A stretch of DNA of 64,000 nucleotides from Perkinsus olseni (Eukaryota): positions 1 to 64,000 of the forward strand of contig JABANN010000001.1 in assembly GCA_013115125.1 (NCBI GenBank), given 5' to 3'. Below, piece by piece: positions 1 to 13,064 of this stretch. The stretch's first letter is position 1. Each line of letters opens with the position of its first letter. The notes under the pieces are model-generated. The model was given only the letters and a program-made list of their open reading frames with translations. It was not told the origin of the DNA and made no database searches. A program made the translations under genes and the position numbers.

Positions 1-559
1 CTCTCCCACACTCCCGACCAACCGTCCGCGCCGAGAGGCAGGGGGTTCCGAATAAGGGAACGGGCCTTGATGACGATGGTTTGAGTAGGACCAACCATCA
101 CAGCATTGTTTGGGCCGATTGCAGCACGCGAGGCTTGTCATTCTGGACGACTCTTCCTCCTCTCGTGTAGGGTTAGGTCATCATCAATAATCCAGAAGCA
201 AGCCATGCCCCGTCAGGTCGTCGTCGTCGTCGTCTTGCGCAGCACGGGCGAGCGCTACCTCAACCAAAAGCGTTCAAAAAATGACGCTGGCATCCTGGGT
301 GGTCTTTGGGAGGGCCTTTCCCACAAGGATGGGATAAATCAGTCGGTGATGAGGTACTAAGGGGGATACAATAGAAGGCGATGCTCAGAGCCGACTTAGA
401 GAGACGATCATTACCACTCTCACCGGTGTTTTCTCGGACGCCTTGCTACGTGCCAGAGGGGCTCGGCGGAGGCTTCGGAGCTCTGGTGATGGGTCGTGTT
501 TGCAGTGCGCGTTACAGTATCGTGGTGTTGGGGACAATCAGTTAAGGTTCTTGGAACCC

Positions 560-3298
560 ATGTCCTCAACAGTCGACACGCAGGAGGCGACAGCAGCAGC
601 AGGTGGGGAGGAGGAGGCCGTCGTGTCCAATCTCACCGGCAGCCTCAGAATTCTCAATAGAGGAACTTCACTCTTGGATGGCTCTAACGGTACACCCTCC
701 CTTAAAGGCGTACTGTATCGACGTACCGAGCGCGTTGCAGGTAGCCAGTCGTCGGACGCTGCTGCCACCGACTGTCTCGAAGTGTCTTTTCGAGATGAGC
801 AGCAGCAGCAGGCACTCCCACCCGGGCAAGTTTTCGAAGCTTTGAATGAGGTTAGAGTGTTACTAGCCATGAGGGACCTGGTCGGACTGCTTCGTTTCAG
901 ATTGGCGATGTTCGATGGATCGACTTTTCGAATTTTCATTTGAACCGCACCATTGTGGTTGCATACTTCGACCTTCGTGCGGCCCAAAGAGCGTATACTA
1001 GACTTAACGAGGTAGCATCGCTCCGCTAGCATCCAAGGTTGGAGCTGGCCATTCTCATTTAGGCGGAGCTATCGGCTTCGGCGGAGTACGTACACCTGCC
1101 TGAGAGCCAGGAGGACCGTAAAGTGGTACTCAGTGTCACCAGCACTGACAGCTTTGATACCATCCGAGAGGAGCTTACCCAATTCGGCGACCTTCATAGG
1201 ATGAGTTTCCAGGTACTAGGCAGGAGATTTAGTCACGCGCCACGAAATTGCCTGGGGCAACTGGTTTGAAATCAGGACTCTTCCATCGTTGCTGAGTTCT
1301 ACGACACGAGGGCTCGCGCGTCCATCCAGGCCTCGCTGGGTGCTCCAGGGTTCAAGCAGCTTGGCCCGGCCATTGGACCAGGTAGTAAAGACTGAGGGAC
1401 GGCTATAGCGCATCGTTCGCTCTTCAGCTCTGAGGGCGCCATCAGCGTCATTGATAGGCTCCGGCAAAGGTAGTAATTGGGCGAAGGTCCTCCCGGGCTT
1501 TGCGCGGGCTATTCTGACCGGGGATGGATCATAACCTGTTGCTGTTGATCAGATCGGATCAATCTGCACGCCCCTGGATCATCTAGTGGCTCCTGTTCTG
1601 GAGCCCAGCGGGCGGCTATGATGGGGTGAGGACGCTTGGATGTTGGCTGACGAGAACTCGGCAAGTGGGGTTGTTCTCGAGGTACCAACAGCCACGAGTA
1701 ATCACTACTGAAGGGCGGGGTGCATCCGTTACTACCGGCATGTACCCGGACCAAATATGTAAGTATCCGAGGTCGATGCATGTCGTAGACGGATTTTCTT
1801 CAGCGTGCGGGTCGGAGTCGGTGACCAGTGGTCGATATCCGAAGACCACTGCGGTGCCTAATTCCCAGTTCGTGATTGACTTGGATAGAGTTGCCAGTGG
1901 TGCTGATCCTCGAACCACGTGTATGATTAGAAATATCCCCAATAAGTACACCCAGAAGATGCTTTTGAAGCTCTTTGATTCGGTAGTATAAAGAGGGGCG
2001 GGGGTACTGTTAGCGGTGATAATGACGCGGGGGTATTCTTAGTGTTATTGTGGTGGCACTATGAGAAAGGAGCACGAAGCGGCCGCTGGGGGAGGGCGTT
2101 GGCGTCGTGCAAAGTGTCTGTCGTTTGCAGCGGAGCGGAGGTGCCATGACTCACTGGTCAGGTACCTACTATATGCGGTCAGTATGACTTCTTCTACCTT
2201 CCTATGGATTTTCGAAACAAATGCAATGTTGGCTACGCCTTCATTGACTTTGCGAATCCGCGAACAAGTAAGGATGATTGGGGTAGACTCGCTGGTCTAT
2301 TGGTAGTGTGTGCTGTTTTGTACCCGAAGGGCGTGCGTTCGATCCTGAGGCACTGCTTTCTCTGCAGGTATCCCTGCGTTGGTGCGGGCGTTCGATGGGA
2401 AGAAGTGGGAAAGGTTCAACTCTGAGAAAGTAGTAGCATCTTGAGGTCCCCGTCGTCACTTACAGTGTCAACGATCAGATATGCAAAATCACATTCGCAA
2501 GATTGCAAGGGTCTAAGCAACTGATGGACCACTTCAAGACTTCGAGCGTAATGCAGCAATCGAACAAGCAGATCAGGCCATGGTAAGGGACGGTCGTGAC
2601 CCGGTGTGATGCATTATGAGGAGAAGCAGGTTCCAGAGGGACCAGTCAGGGATGGGGCAGTATCCTCCTCGGAACAATTCACCCGGCGAGCACGCAAGGC
2701 ATCACCACCAGCTTCCTCAACCGCCTATGAATCTAGATGGTTTCAAGGGCCCGATGGCCGCTGCAAACAGCGAGCCAGCAGCGCTCGACTATAATATCCC
2801 ATTGGCAGACTTGTGTGCCATTGGTGAGCCGAGTCTCCTAGCCAACGCTTTGGCGGAGCTTCAACGGAACCAGGAAGGATCATCATCGGTAATTGTGGTA
2901 TGTTCGAGCGACTCAATTTTACTTGGCGACTTTCGGTAGGTTATTTTGGAGAACTTTCCTTTGGAGAACTGGTCGGACGGTGCGAGTTCGATAGGCGGCT
3001 TGAGCGCTCCGGCTACCTACTACTCGGAACCAGCACATCCACCAGCTTCTATGGTAAGAGGCGGCTATACGATACCAACTTTTTCGCGATTCGTGGGTCG
3101 ATGCTAGACGTTTTATTATTTGCCTTTCAGCCCACTCTCGCTGGATACAGTCAGCTGGACTTTTCCTCTCTACCAGGATGGGCTGATGATAGAAATCAAT
3201 CCCTTAGTGTCTCGAACGCGCCGATGGCGGCGGCCGACACTTGGCAGCGGGCACAGAGCAGCGACCCTCCACCACCACCACCACCCGCCGGAAGGTAA
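560..3298 (+). CDS. Mei2-like RNA-binding protein (three RRMs, C-terminal RRM_2/Mei2-type), multi-exon
   Basis: Spliced exons give VVAYFDLRAAQRA (RRM1), VAEFYDTRA (RRM2) and the Mei2 RRM3 signature DPRTTCMIRNIPNKYTQKMLL...YDFFYLPMDFRNKCNVGYAFIDF...FDGKKWERFNSEKICKITFARLQG. The 5' end could extend upstream. Confidence 0.9.
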
Positions 3299-3354
3299 CT
3301 CCGAAGGCCTCTCGTCTGCTACCACCGCCACCGAGGACTCGATTGTCCTGATTT

Positions 3355-3712
3355 GTTCCGTCGTCGTCGTCGACGTCATTGTTGTCATCGACTTAGTTTT
3401 CGTCGTTGCTGTCGATGACGCGTGGCTGGCTGCTGTTGTTATCATTATAATTATTGTTGTTGTTGCTGACGTAGAAATCTGTCGTTCTTTTTGCTGTACT
3501 ATTGCTGTTTTTGTTGTTATTGTTGTTGCCGCTCATACCCTCCTCAGGGGGGCTACTTGCACTATTCCGACCACTAACGCATTGCCACATATTTTTCCTT
3601 CTTTTCGTAGCTCTTACTGCGACTATCATGGATTGCATCTTGATGGTCGTAAGATGAGCACCTTGTACCGCTGCTGCTGCTGCCGCTGCTGCTGCCGCCG
3701 TTGTTGTTGTAG
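3355..3712. repeat. Low-complexity trinucleotide tract (GTC/GTT/ATT/CTG), probably in the 3' UTR of the Mei2-like gene
   Basis: Visible runs such as gtcgtcgtcgtc, ttgttgttgttg and ctgctgctgctgccgctgctg. These produce the spurious poly-V/I/C/N ORFs in the track. Confidence 0.7.
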
Positions 3713-3940
3713 GGCCTTTCCTCTAGAGGCCACATAAGGACGGCCTGTGCGTTTTCACAGCTCTTCAACCTGCGGTGTGTGCTGTAACACTATAAGCCAG
3801 CCTTCCTATAAATATCACCGCTGTTGGTTCGGTGTTGCCTAGGCAAGTGTTTCTAACCGTAACATATTCTGAGTTCGAGTGCCGGGTCTTCCTTACCGTG
3901 CTTCGCTCCGCTCTCGAGTTTGTAGGCTTCATTTTCCAGT

Positions 3941-5090
3941 ATGGCAGCTCATGCTTTTGGCCTACCAGCCGACGTTTCGCTGTACTATCAACGCTCCCGC
4001 GCAGTCGGGAACTCTGGCTGAGCTGTTAGGTACAGCCCGTTCTCGACGGCATCGACTCCGAGCAAGGGACGACCTCAAGATTCGACGACGCCGTTCGGAG
4101 TACGGTCTGGCCTGAACATCCGACTGGCAGGAGAGTTCGCAGCAGTGGTGGAGTGGGGCGACTACATCGTCTTTGCCAAAGCATCTGTAGGATACTCCCG
4201 CACTCGGTAGGCGTGGATGGGCTCATTGGCAGGGTCCGAGACAGGCCACAGGAGCCTTGGTGGCAGTGGGTCGACAACATGACCGCCTCGCCCTGGACGT
4301 CAGTGTCTCGGCCTCCTCTGTAGGAGTGTCGCAAACCGAGAAAGAGAAGAGCGACGCGGAAGCGGTGTACTGGTGCTGGTTGACCGCACAGGTGTACAGC
4401 GTCTCTTTCTGTTCAGATGTGAGGATATTGGCAGTACTATTGCCAGTGGGCTATCAGCAGTGGTAGTGGCTGAGCATTACCCAAAAAGCGTAAGGCAGCA
4501 TCACGTCCTCAATCGTAGGGCTACTCATGTCCCTCTAGGTTCTCCCACTCAACGTGTCTGTCGTCTCCTGCCCTCCTGGGGGGTTCTCAGCTGAGCGGGT
4601 GCTGCCCTGCGCCATGGCTGCAGCAATGACCGCTACGGCCCTCTGTGTAGAAAGGGGGCATCATTTTGCTTCTGCTCGTCGTCAGGGGCCCGCCTCCGAC
4701 GAGCTCTCATTGGAGGCCCACTCAGGTGCATGTATCGGATATCGTCAGTATAGCTAACGTTGTCTCTAGAGGCAACACTGTGCTAGCGGACCCAGCAGTG
4801 GGCGAGGATCTCCCTGATGGTGACAAGACTGAGCGGAAGCATCTTACGACACTTGGCCTGACGTACATCACCAAGGAGGTAGTATGTGGCGATATTGCTC
4901 TTGTTTGAGAGCGCTCGTACTACAGGTACTCCTTCTCCGGTCAGCATCATCTCCGGGTGAGGGTGAGGGGAGTAGGGGTGGCAAACCGAACATGTCCAAG
5001 ATACTCAGCTATGGCTTTTCGGCGACCACTCAGGTGTCGAGGGAGATCGAGAAAGTTATAGGCGAGAGAGCACATCGCAAGGATCCCTGA
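3941..5090 (+). CDS. Exosome complex RNase PH-like subunit (Rrp41/Mtr3/Rrp46 family), multi-exon
   Basis: Joined exons read FAAVVEWGDYIVFAKASGPRQ...LSAVVVAEHYPKS-VLPLNVSVVS...LPCAMAAAMTATAL...VLADP...TTLGLTY. This matches the RNase PH pattern GSA..E.G.T.V...V.GPR / YP.S.I.I.V.V / LLDP. Confidence 0.7.
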
Positions 5091-5209
5091 CTGTCAATAC
5101 GTCAAATGTTTATAGTTTTACGTTGCTCGCGTTCTAGTGCGAAAATGGCACATCGTGCTTCGCTCCGCTTTTTTCGACAACAGCCAGTCATCACCAAGTT
5201 CCTTCTTTC

Positions 5210-7413
5210 ATGCAACATGACAAATTTAACACCGGCAGTAGTGGACGGCCATCCGTCATCCGTACGTACTGCGTAGTTCTCCCAGTGGCACTGGTGACGT
5301 TATGGATTGGGACAGCTATTGTGTTGGAAGCGTGGAAGGCTGATAGGACCAGAGGGCAGCCAGGTGACGGGTGGGTTGGGCTCGCCGCCGGCGGATAGCT
5401 CCGACGTAGTGGGAGTGATGGGTGTGTAGGCGTACCTGATCCATTGACACGAGATGAGTATCTTTACCGTGAGGAACGGTTGGGGATACCGAATATCAGC
5501 TTCGCTCCGCTAAGGATAGCAGCACGATGGTTGTTTTACTGCCAGCCAGAGCTCTCATTGGTAAGCTGACTAGGGTTCATCCCACTCCTCTACGCCACGT
5601 CGTCCTCAGGAAGTTGGTAGTGCAGGGGGAGTGCATTCGGCCGGTGATGAGCGTTTTGCATCCTGGTACCTCTCACCGCAACAACAGATATTGGAGTACT
5701 TGATGTACTCTATTATATTCGTGGCTTCAATCGTGGGTGGCGTCATGAGGTAACTAAGGTCCACAGCTGCCCTTGGGATATGCTTGTGTGCAGGGGCCAT
5801 TGGACACTACGAGCACCGGCCAGGGATGAGAGTTCTAAGATGAGTAATACACTTGAGGGCTTGGATGGCCGCTCTTGCTAGAGTATCGCCATTCTAGTCC
5901 AACGGCGGTCCGATTCGAGTATGGCGCGGGACCTAGGGCTTCGACAGCGATGAGAATCTCATTTTCCCCTCCGAATTTTGGTTGAACCCAAGGACGGAGT
6001 ATCGACGGAGAGGGCGCCTTAGACGAGGGCCGTTGATGCTTGGGCCGTTCGGAAGGGTATACTCTCACCCCTCAGACTTGATCGAGTTACTCAACGCCAC
6101 AATAACAACTCTACTGGCATTGGGGGCGATATGCTACAAATCTGCAACAGCTATCCTGGCTCGTCGAGAGGGCCTTTCTTCCTCTGCGGATGTTCTTGCT
6201 ACATGGTTCCTACTGCAGCCCTGCCATGTAAGCCTGCCCAGTGAGCTCATGATCGTTGATTATCGCCATCAGGTTTTCTGCATCGCGCTAGCTGTTATCT
6301 ACTGGTCCCGAAGATGGAAGGTGTCGATATATTTCTTTAACCTGTACCTCCACCTTATGTGGGGCGTGGCCTTGGCTTTGGTCTTTGCAGAGATGGAGGA
6401 GTATTATAAACGACAATATCCTCTTGGTAGTACTCCTATGGTATCCTCGTAGTGTTGCCGCTCTGGTCGCCAAGAACTCGGCATCCCAGAATGTGAGTGT
6501 ATACAGCGCTCCTAATGAATGTAGAATCTGGTCCCTACAGTTGATATCGTCTCAACTACTGAGAGTGACACGCTATTCGTTGCGGTGATAGGAATACATC
6601 TTAGGCCATCACATTTACCTTGTTCAACAGCTTGCGGACCGCACGAACCCGTCTCATTGGAATGCATTACCGTCTTTCACTTTGTAGGGGCATGTGTTCC
6701 TAAGGAGTGCGTTCGGGCGTGAAGACGCTGAGCTACTGATCTTGGTGTTTTCTTCAGAGATCCTTCACTTCTATTTGGACCATTGGGTACTTGTAATAGC
6801 CCCCTTCGTCCTCATAGCCTTGCGAACGTAGGTCTAATTTCGTGGCGCAGCGGTCATGATGATGTTGCACGTGGTTCAGATACCCAGTATTCAAGCCCAG
6901 ACTTTGGTTCTGCTATTCTTTTGCGGGTGCCTTCCACTCTTGCATACTACAGCCCCTTCACTTTGTGCTACTGGTACAAATCAACTACCAGACTCATCCC
7001 CCCGGAGGTAAGTGTCGTTAATATGGTATTCCTGCTGCTGTCGTTATGTCCTTGTGAGTGTTTAAGTCTGGCCTGGCGCTGCGAGCCTTGCTCGTCTCAG
7101 GTCCCTTGCGCCACTTCGGCAAGTTGTACAGGCCCGTCCAGTAAGGTTGATACCCTCGTCCCCCGGAAGACGCCGCCAATGTAGATACATCTTCTGCTGG
7201 CTCTTGACCTATCTCTTCTCCCAATGCATCATCCCGGCCTGGGTCTCCTTCTGTGAGGCTCACATATGGCCTAGATTAGGGCGATTCCAGCAGAGTGAGG
7301 TCTCCTCAGTCAAGGTAGCGTCGCGGCCTGCTCAACCTTCCGGCCTTCAATAGGTGTTTGGCGCTCAGGAGTCCGACCCTGTGAACGGCAGAGTGGATAA
7401 GAAGACCTTGTGA
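5210..7413 (+). CDS. TMEM164-family multi-pass membrane protein, multi-exon
   Basis: Motifs WFLLQPCH, FFNLYLHLMWGVALALVF, EILHFYLDHWVLVIAP and VQINYQTHPP correspond to TMEM164 (LLNPCH / EIYWIQH..LYVVP / NLNNMLCP). Confidence 0.75.
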
Positions 7414-7576
7414 GTCCCACCCAGTCTTGCTCGTGTATCCTATCGTCATACTTGTGCATAGAATCTCGCGTGTAGTTTACGGCCTGTTCGAGTCGAATAT
7501 ATTGATGAGGTGTTGGTCGTCTGAGCTACAGCCACTTCAGCCGCGATTCGATCGTACCATAGTTTTTTGTCTAGCA

Positions 7577-9672
7577 TGTTTGCGACGGTCGATTCATTGG
7601 TGAAGACCATTCTCAAAGGGGGTACCGCCGGGGAGGTGACTCGTCAGCTGAGCTGGGTTAAGGACGCCAATGCTGTTGGGAAGAGAGGGGTCACGCCCCT
7701 GATAGCAGCTATTGAAACTGAGGACGATGAGGTGCTTGCCCGGGAGGGGCTGTTCAGCCCTATTTCTGCAGGTTCGGATGCGGCCTCTCGCCTCACGTGT
7801 TTTTTTGATTGCATGAACAATAACATAGAAAGGGCAATTAAGCATGATCTCAGATTGTGATCGCCAGCGTATCTCTCATAGTCTAATAGGACCGGTTCTA
7901 GCTTTGGTTTGGCCATTTCCTAGATTTGCGGCCTTGGGATTCTCTGATACTCTCTTCAAAACAGGAGGATTTCTTGTGCAGGCAGCGGCAGCTTCCATTT
8001 TTGTGCTTGCCTTTTTTCTCTGCAGATCATTGCTGTGATGCTCGATAGTAAGAAGGTGGATGTGAATGTCCGTGATAAGGAGATGGGGCTGCCCCCAATC
8101 GTGAGCCCCGGGTGGTCTCCGAAGCCTCGCATCAGTGGCGTCAGGTCCATGCGGTACGTCACGGTGGAGGGGCAGTACTACCTCTGATGAAGAAGGGTGC
8201 TGACCTGAAGGCCGCCGATGATGGCGGGGACAACGTGGCGCATTGGGCGTGTAGGTAGGAGGTGAGGGCTTGTCCTGAGGACCGACGTTACAGACGGGCC
8301 CGCCTACGTTGTCTTCGCTGGGGAGCGACGTTGTGTTTTTAGGTCGGCTGAATGAGCCTTCGGTGGTAACTATGCTCGGCAAGGCGGACCCCTCTATCTT
8401 CGCTGCTGTGGACGGCGAAGGGAGTACCACCTCTTTCGCTCCGCTTCGCTAGGCTAGTCGTCTTGACTCGCAGATACTCCGCTCCACGTGGCTCTTATTG
8501 AGGGCCAACAGGAGGCTGCCTTCGCTGTCCTCTCCGCCGAATCTGGTCTGCTTGGGGCGCTGGACTTCAACAGAAAGAACGATCTTGGTGACACCCCTCT
8601 GCTACTGGCAGCCAAAGGGTAGGGTGGGACGCCCGGCTGGCGGTGACTGATCCTTACAGGCGTATGGCCAATGTAGTGCAGTCCCTGGTTGAGACGGGTA
8701 AAGTTGACGTCAACATGCCGGATGATGACGGCAACACAGCTCTGCATATAGCTGTTAAGAACGTAGCATCACAGGGCTGCTACGGGGGGTACTAGTGGTC
8801 TCTTCTCGGCAGGATATGAGCGCAGTTGAGGGGTTGCTGGTGGAGGCAGGAGCTGACAGGTCGATACAGAACAAGGCGGGTTTGACCCCTCAAGGCCTGG
8901 CCGAAGAAGTGGTCCAGCAGAGAAAAGTAGGGCGGAGGGGGGTGTTTGCCGATCTCCGCCACGCTATTGGAGGACATGGAGCATTCAGGCGAGCCAGCAA
9001 TGGAAGGAGGAGCAGCGTCATCAGAAGGAGGAACGCAAGGCACAAAAGCTGGAGACCGAGAAGGAGCATTCTGAGCTCACGGCCTTCCTGCGCGACCACC
9101 ACTTGGAGGACCTAGTGGATGTCTTTTTCGCCAAGAAATTCAAGTCGGTTCTTTCCGCCTTGAGGACCGCTGGTGGGGATGATAGATGCGTCAGGTATGT
9201 TATCGAGGTAAAGCGGTTGACGGATCGGGACCTCCGCCGGATGGGCATCAAGGACCGCGGCCAGCGGGAGGAGTTCCTGGCTGTGGTGGAGGAGCATTTT
9301 CAGAGAATAGCGGAGGTAGTCAAGGGACGGGCGTGAGGCTTGTCGCTGCCAACACGCGCACTCGGGGGTTCTGATCTGATTCACCGCGTGTCGCTCTCAG
9401 GCTGAACGCCAGGCTGAGGAGGAGCGCAGGAGAGAGCTTGAACGGAGGGAGCGGCCGATCAGCAAGACCACGGCCGTGTTGGCCCTGGTCGGGGTGTTCG
9501 TGCTGATCTATGTCTGCCTGAGGTGAGTCCTTCTCCTCCTCCTCCTCCTCCTCCTCCTCCTCCGAGGCGAGGCTGTATAGTGCTCCTCGTTGTCAGGATA
9601 ATCATATACAACCGTACCGGTGGCCGGTTAGACCGTATCAGCTACCCCGGCGTTGGCCTCGGGGACCTCTAA
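7577..9672 (+). CDS. Ankyrin-repeat + SAM-domain protein with C-terminal transmembrane helix, multi-exon
   Basis: ANK motifs GVTPLIAA, GDNVAHWA, DTPLHVAL, GDTPLLLAA and GNTALHIAV. A charged coiled stretch follows, then SAM-like ELTAFLRDHHLEDLVDVF...LTDRDLRRMGIKDRGQREEFL, then TM TAVLALVGVFVLIYVCL. Confidence 0.8.
9533..9563. repeat. (CTC)~10 microsatellite in an intron
   Basis: ctcctcctcctcctcctcctcctcctcctcc directly after a GTGAG donor. Confidence 0.9.
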
Positions 9673-9836
9673 CCCCTGATCCCACTGCCTGTTTCATGTC
9701 CCTCAAGTGTTGGCCTTCGGTTGATGTTCCCTGTGGCGATGAGTATGGCTTGTTGTTGTAGCTGTGAGGTTGGTAAATGTCCCGCAAGAGATCTTTCAAT
9801 TCTAGTGTCGCTCAACCAACTTCAGTCCAAGACGAG

Positions 9837-12693
9837 ATGCCGCGATATGCTAACGTAAGGCGCTCAGATCCTCACTGCTGCTACAGTTAACAAGAGGCGG
9901 CCGCTCTTTGACAGGTTCTCTGCTGTGTGTGCGGTGCGTCTATGGTGCCCAATCAGTCCAATATGTGTGTAAACTGTATGAAGGGCGAGGTAGACATCAC
10001 TGAGGGCATATCCAAGCAGGCCGTCGTCAACTACTGTCGGGAGTGCAACCGGTAAGCGATCAATGCGGTCCCATAGGGCCTCCCTGATGTTGGAAAGGCC
10101 TCTGTTTTCCGCATGTACCACTGCCATCAAACTTGGGTTCTGTTCTCTTCTCTTCTCAACCCGGGGGCATGTCTAATTTTCTGAAATGTTGAACGATCTT
10201 AGAGTGACTTCATTAGCCTATTCTCATCGGAATTGTCCAGCATATGACGGATCATGTCAGTGAGCGCTTCGCTAGGCTCTCCAGTCTTCCCCTTCCTCAT
10301 CGCCGCACCTCTCCGCTACTGTGTTCCATCTCCTTTCGGTAGATACCAGCGTCCTCCGTGGGTCCCCTGTGAGCCCGAGTCTCGAGAGCTTCTCGGGATA
10401 TGTCTCAAGAAGATCAAGGGCCTGAACAAGGTCAAGCTGGTGGACGCCAATTTCGTAGGCCTATCATCGTCTCCTCATCGCAGTACCTCTTCTGCCGCTG
10501 CTCAGATCTGGCAAGCCCCCACGAGCAAACGGATGAAGGTGAAGTTGACTGTACAGAAGGAGGTCATGAACGGTGCCATCATGCAGCAGTCCATGATCGT
10601 TGACTTTATCGTAAGTCCTTCCACTACTACCCCCCGCCTGCCTCCCACGTCGCCGTTTATGCAGGTCGCCTGGCAGCAGTGTGATGACTGCAAACGTACG
10701 TACACGCCACACACGTGGAACGCCTCGGTAGGTTGGTCAGGGGTGTAGCTAGAGGTGTCAGAATCAGCCGTCGAGCGACAACTATGGCGATTTTACAGGT
10801 CCAAGTTCGACAGAAGACGGACCACAAACGAACATTCTTCTACTTGGAGCAGCTCATCTTGAAGCACGACGCTCATGAGAAGGTTGTGGGTATCAAGCGA
10901 ACGCCCGACGGTCTCGACTTCCATTTTGGGCACCGAAGCCACGCCCAGAAGTTCTCCGAGTTTGTGCTGAGTCAAGTAAGGAAGGCTGGTCTGATGGTAC
11001 CTCCGAGGGTCCACTGTGGATGGTGGTCGTAGGTCCCTTCTCGAGTAAAGCAGAGCAAGCATCTGATCAGTCATGATTCTCACAACACTACGTGAGAGCC
11101 GAGGAATCCATCCTCTGTGTCTTGCACCTCCCTGTGGTTCAGTTACAACTACAAGTACACGACCCTCATTGATATGTGCCCGGTATGCAAGGATGATGTC
11201 GTGTTCCTTTCCAAGGCGTTGAAGAACAAGTTGGGTGGCGTCAACCCGATCCAAGTCGTCACTAAGGTGGGGAAAAAAGGACAGTTGTGATTCCCTGATT
11301 GATAGCGCGTTGGTGTTATCAGGTCTCCAGCCAGATCCGCCTCGTCGACCCTCTCACGGGGAAGGTCTCTGACCTGGCCGGCATTGAGTAAGCCCAGTGG
11401 CTCTCAGTACGACTAGCTGCCCACTTACGTGCCGTCAGATACTGGAAGAATCCCTTCGACCCTCTGCTGACTCGCCGCCACTTGGTGGAGTTCACCGTTC
11501 TCAACGTTGAAGAGAACACAGGCCCTGCCCGAGCGTCTGCTTTCAACCGCCGCGGCCAGAAGACCTACACCATGGTCGACCTCGAGCTCATGCGTAAGAG
11601 AGTCGTACCAGGATACAGGTCCTTACTGTACTGTTGTTAGGCACCCAGGGCAGCGGAGAGGCGGCAGCGGGAGATCCCGAGATCATCACTGTGAGGTCCC
11701 ACCTCGGCGGCGTCCTCCAACCAGGCGACCTTTGCGCTGGGTAACGTACCGCTCTGCCCCGTAATCGTTCAGATCTTCACCTATCGTCTATGACTGGCTT
11801 GTTCAGTATGATGAATTGCGATGATTTTGTTTCGGATTTCCCTATTCCGCCACGTGGAATTCCTCTGTGTTTTCACTATTCTCATCATACTACTATCTTC
11901 TTCTCATTTATCCTCGTGTGAATATTCTGAAGTCTTATCGTCTCGTACCGTCTTTTCCCGTACTCATCTGCAGTTCGTTGCTTCACCTCAGATACGATCT
12001 TCGAACTGTTAACGTGTCGGGGATCGACGAGGAGATGCTCGAGAAGACGAATCTTGATGTCATCATTGTCAAAAAGACATACACCAGGCACCGCCAGCGC
12101 AAGCGTCCGTGGATTCTCAGGAGGCTCGAGAGAGATGATGCCGGTACGTCACAGAGCAGGGGAATCCTGCTAGCTCATGCTGGTCTAGCTTCGAGCTCAC
12201 TGAGGCACCCTGTCGAGAGGATTATGTTGTGAAGTTGTTGCCCTTCAGGCGAGGGGTCGAATGATGGCGACTACGAGCAGTTCATGCGGGATATTGAAGA
12301 GGACAAAGACCTCCGTCAGGAGGTGATCTCGCAATTGTGTGCACTGTCCCCTTTTTACCACGTATCTTAGATCAACCTGTTCCGTGACCCTGCATGGAAG
12401 GAGCCCGCAGCTCAGCACGTGCAGACTGCTGACGAGGAGGACGAAGGAGATGTAGGTCACACGGTTCTCGGTTCTTTTGGGACGCCCTTCCAACGCACGA
12501 TAACTGATGGAGTTGCCCTTCAGGAGAACGAAGCTCCCGAAGTGGACCTTGCTGAGTTGTTGGATGGCCTTACCCTCAACGATAAGGGTAATCTCACGTT
12601 AGCCTGTTAGCTTCGTCTTCGCCCTGGACTGTTTTTCCAGGCACTGCGGCTGATGCTGCCAATGAGGGTCATCAAGACGATGACGAGCTGTGA
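9837..12693 (+). CDS. NMD3: 60S ribosomal export adaptor NMD3, multi-exon
   Basis: MPRYAN|VLCCVCGASMVPNQSNMCVNC...YCRECNRY...CEPESRELLGICLKKIKGLNKVKLVDANFIW...CDDC...WNASVQVRQKTDHKRTFFYLEQLILKH...YNYKYT...CPVCKDD, with C-terminal NES-like LAELLDGLTL. Confidence 0.97.
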
Positions 12694-13064
12694 AGAACGC
12701 CTCATCCGGCTGTTGTTGTTGTTGATGATGACGCCAACGTCCGTACCTGACACGATATTCACCAGAAGACTAAGTACCTGTTTCTCTCCGTTAGGGGCGG
12801 CGCCGCTGTTTTGTTTCTGCGTGGGGAGTCCTCATCATCCTGGGTTCGCCTCAGTTTTACCTGCTGTTCTCTTGTAAAGCAGCAGCGTCATTTCTGAACG
12901 TATTAATGGACCCCAGCCGGCAAGTACCATCAGAAGGCTCCCCAATGCAGCCACAGGGCTGCACTTCTGTAAGGGCAGCAGCATAGTCAGTGCCCCTTTC
13001 CTTGTACTCTCCCACTCAGGCCCCAGTAAACCCTACTGGACTGGAAGCCTTCTCTCAGCCGGCG

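Noticed and set aside
3120-3768. ORFs with poly-Val/Ile/Cys/Asn/Thr tracts
   Set aside because: They arise from trinucleotide low-complexity sequence downstream of the Mei2-like stop and are open in several frames.
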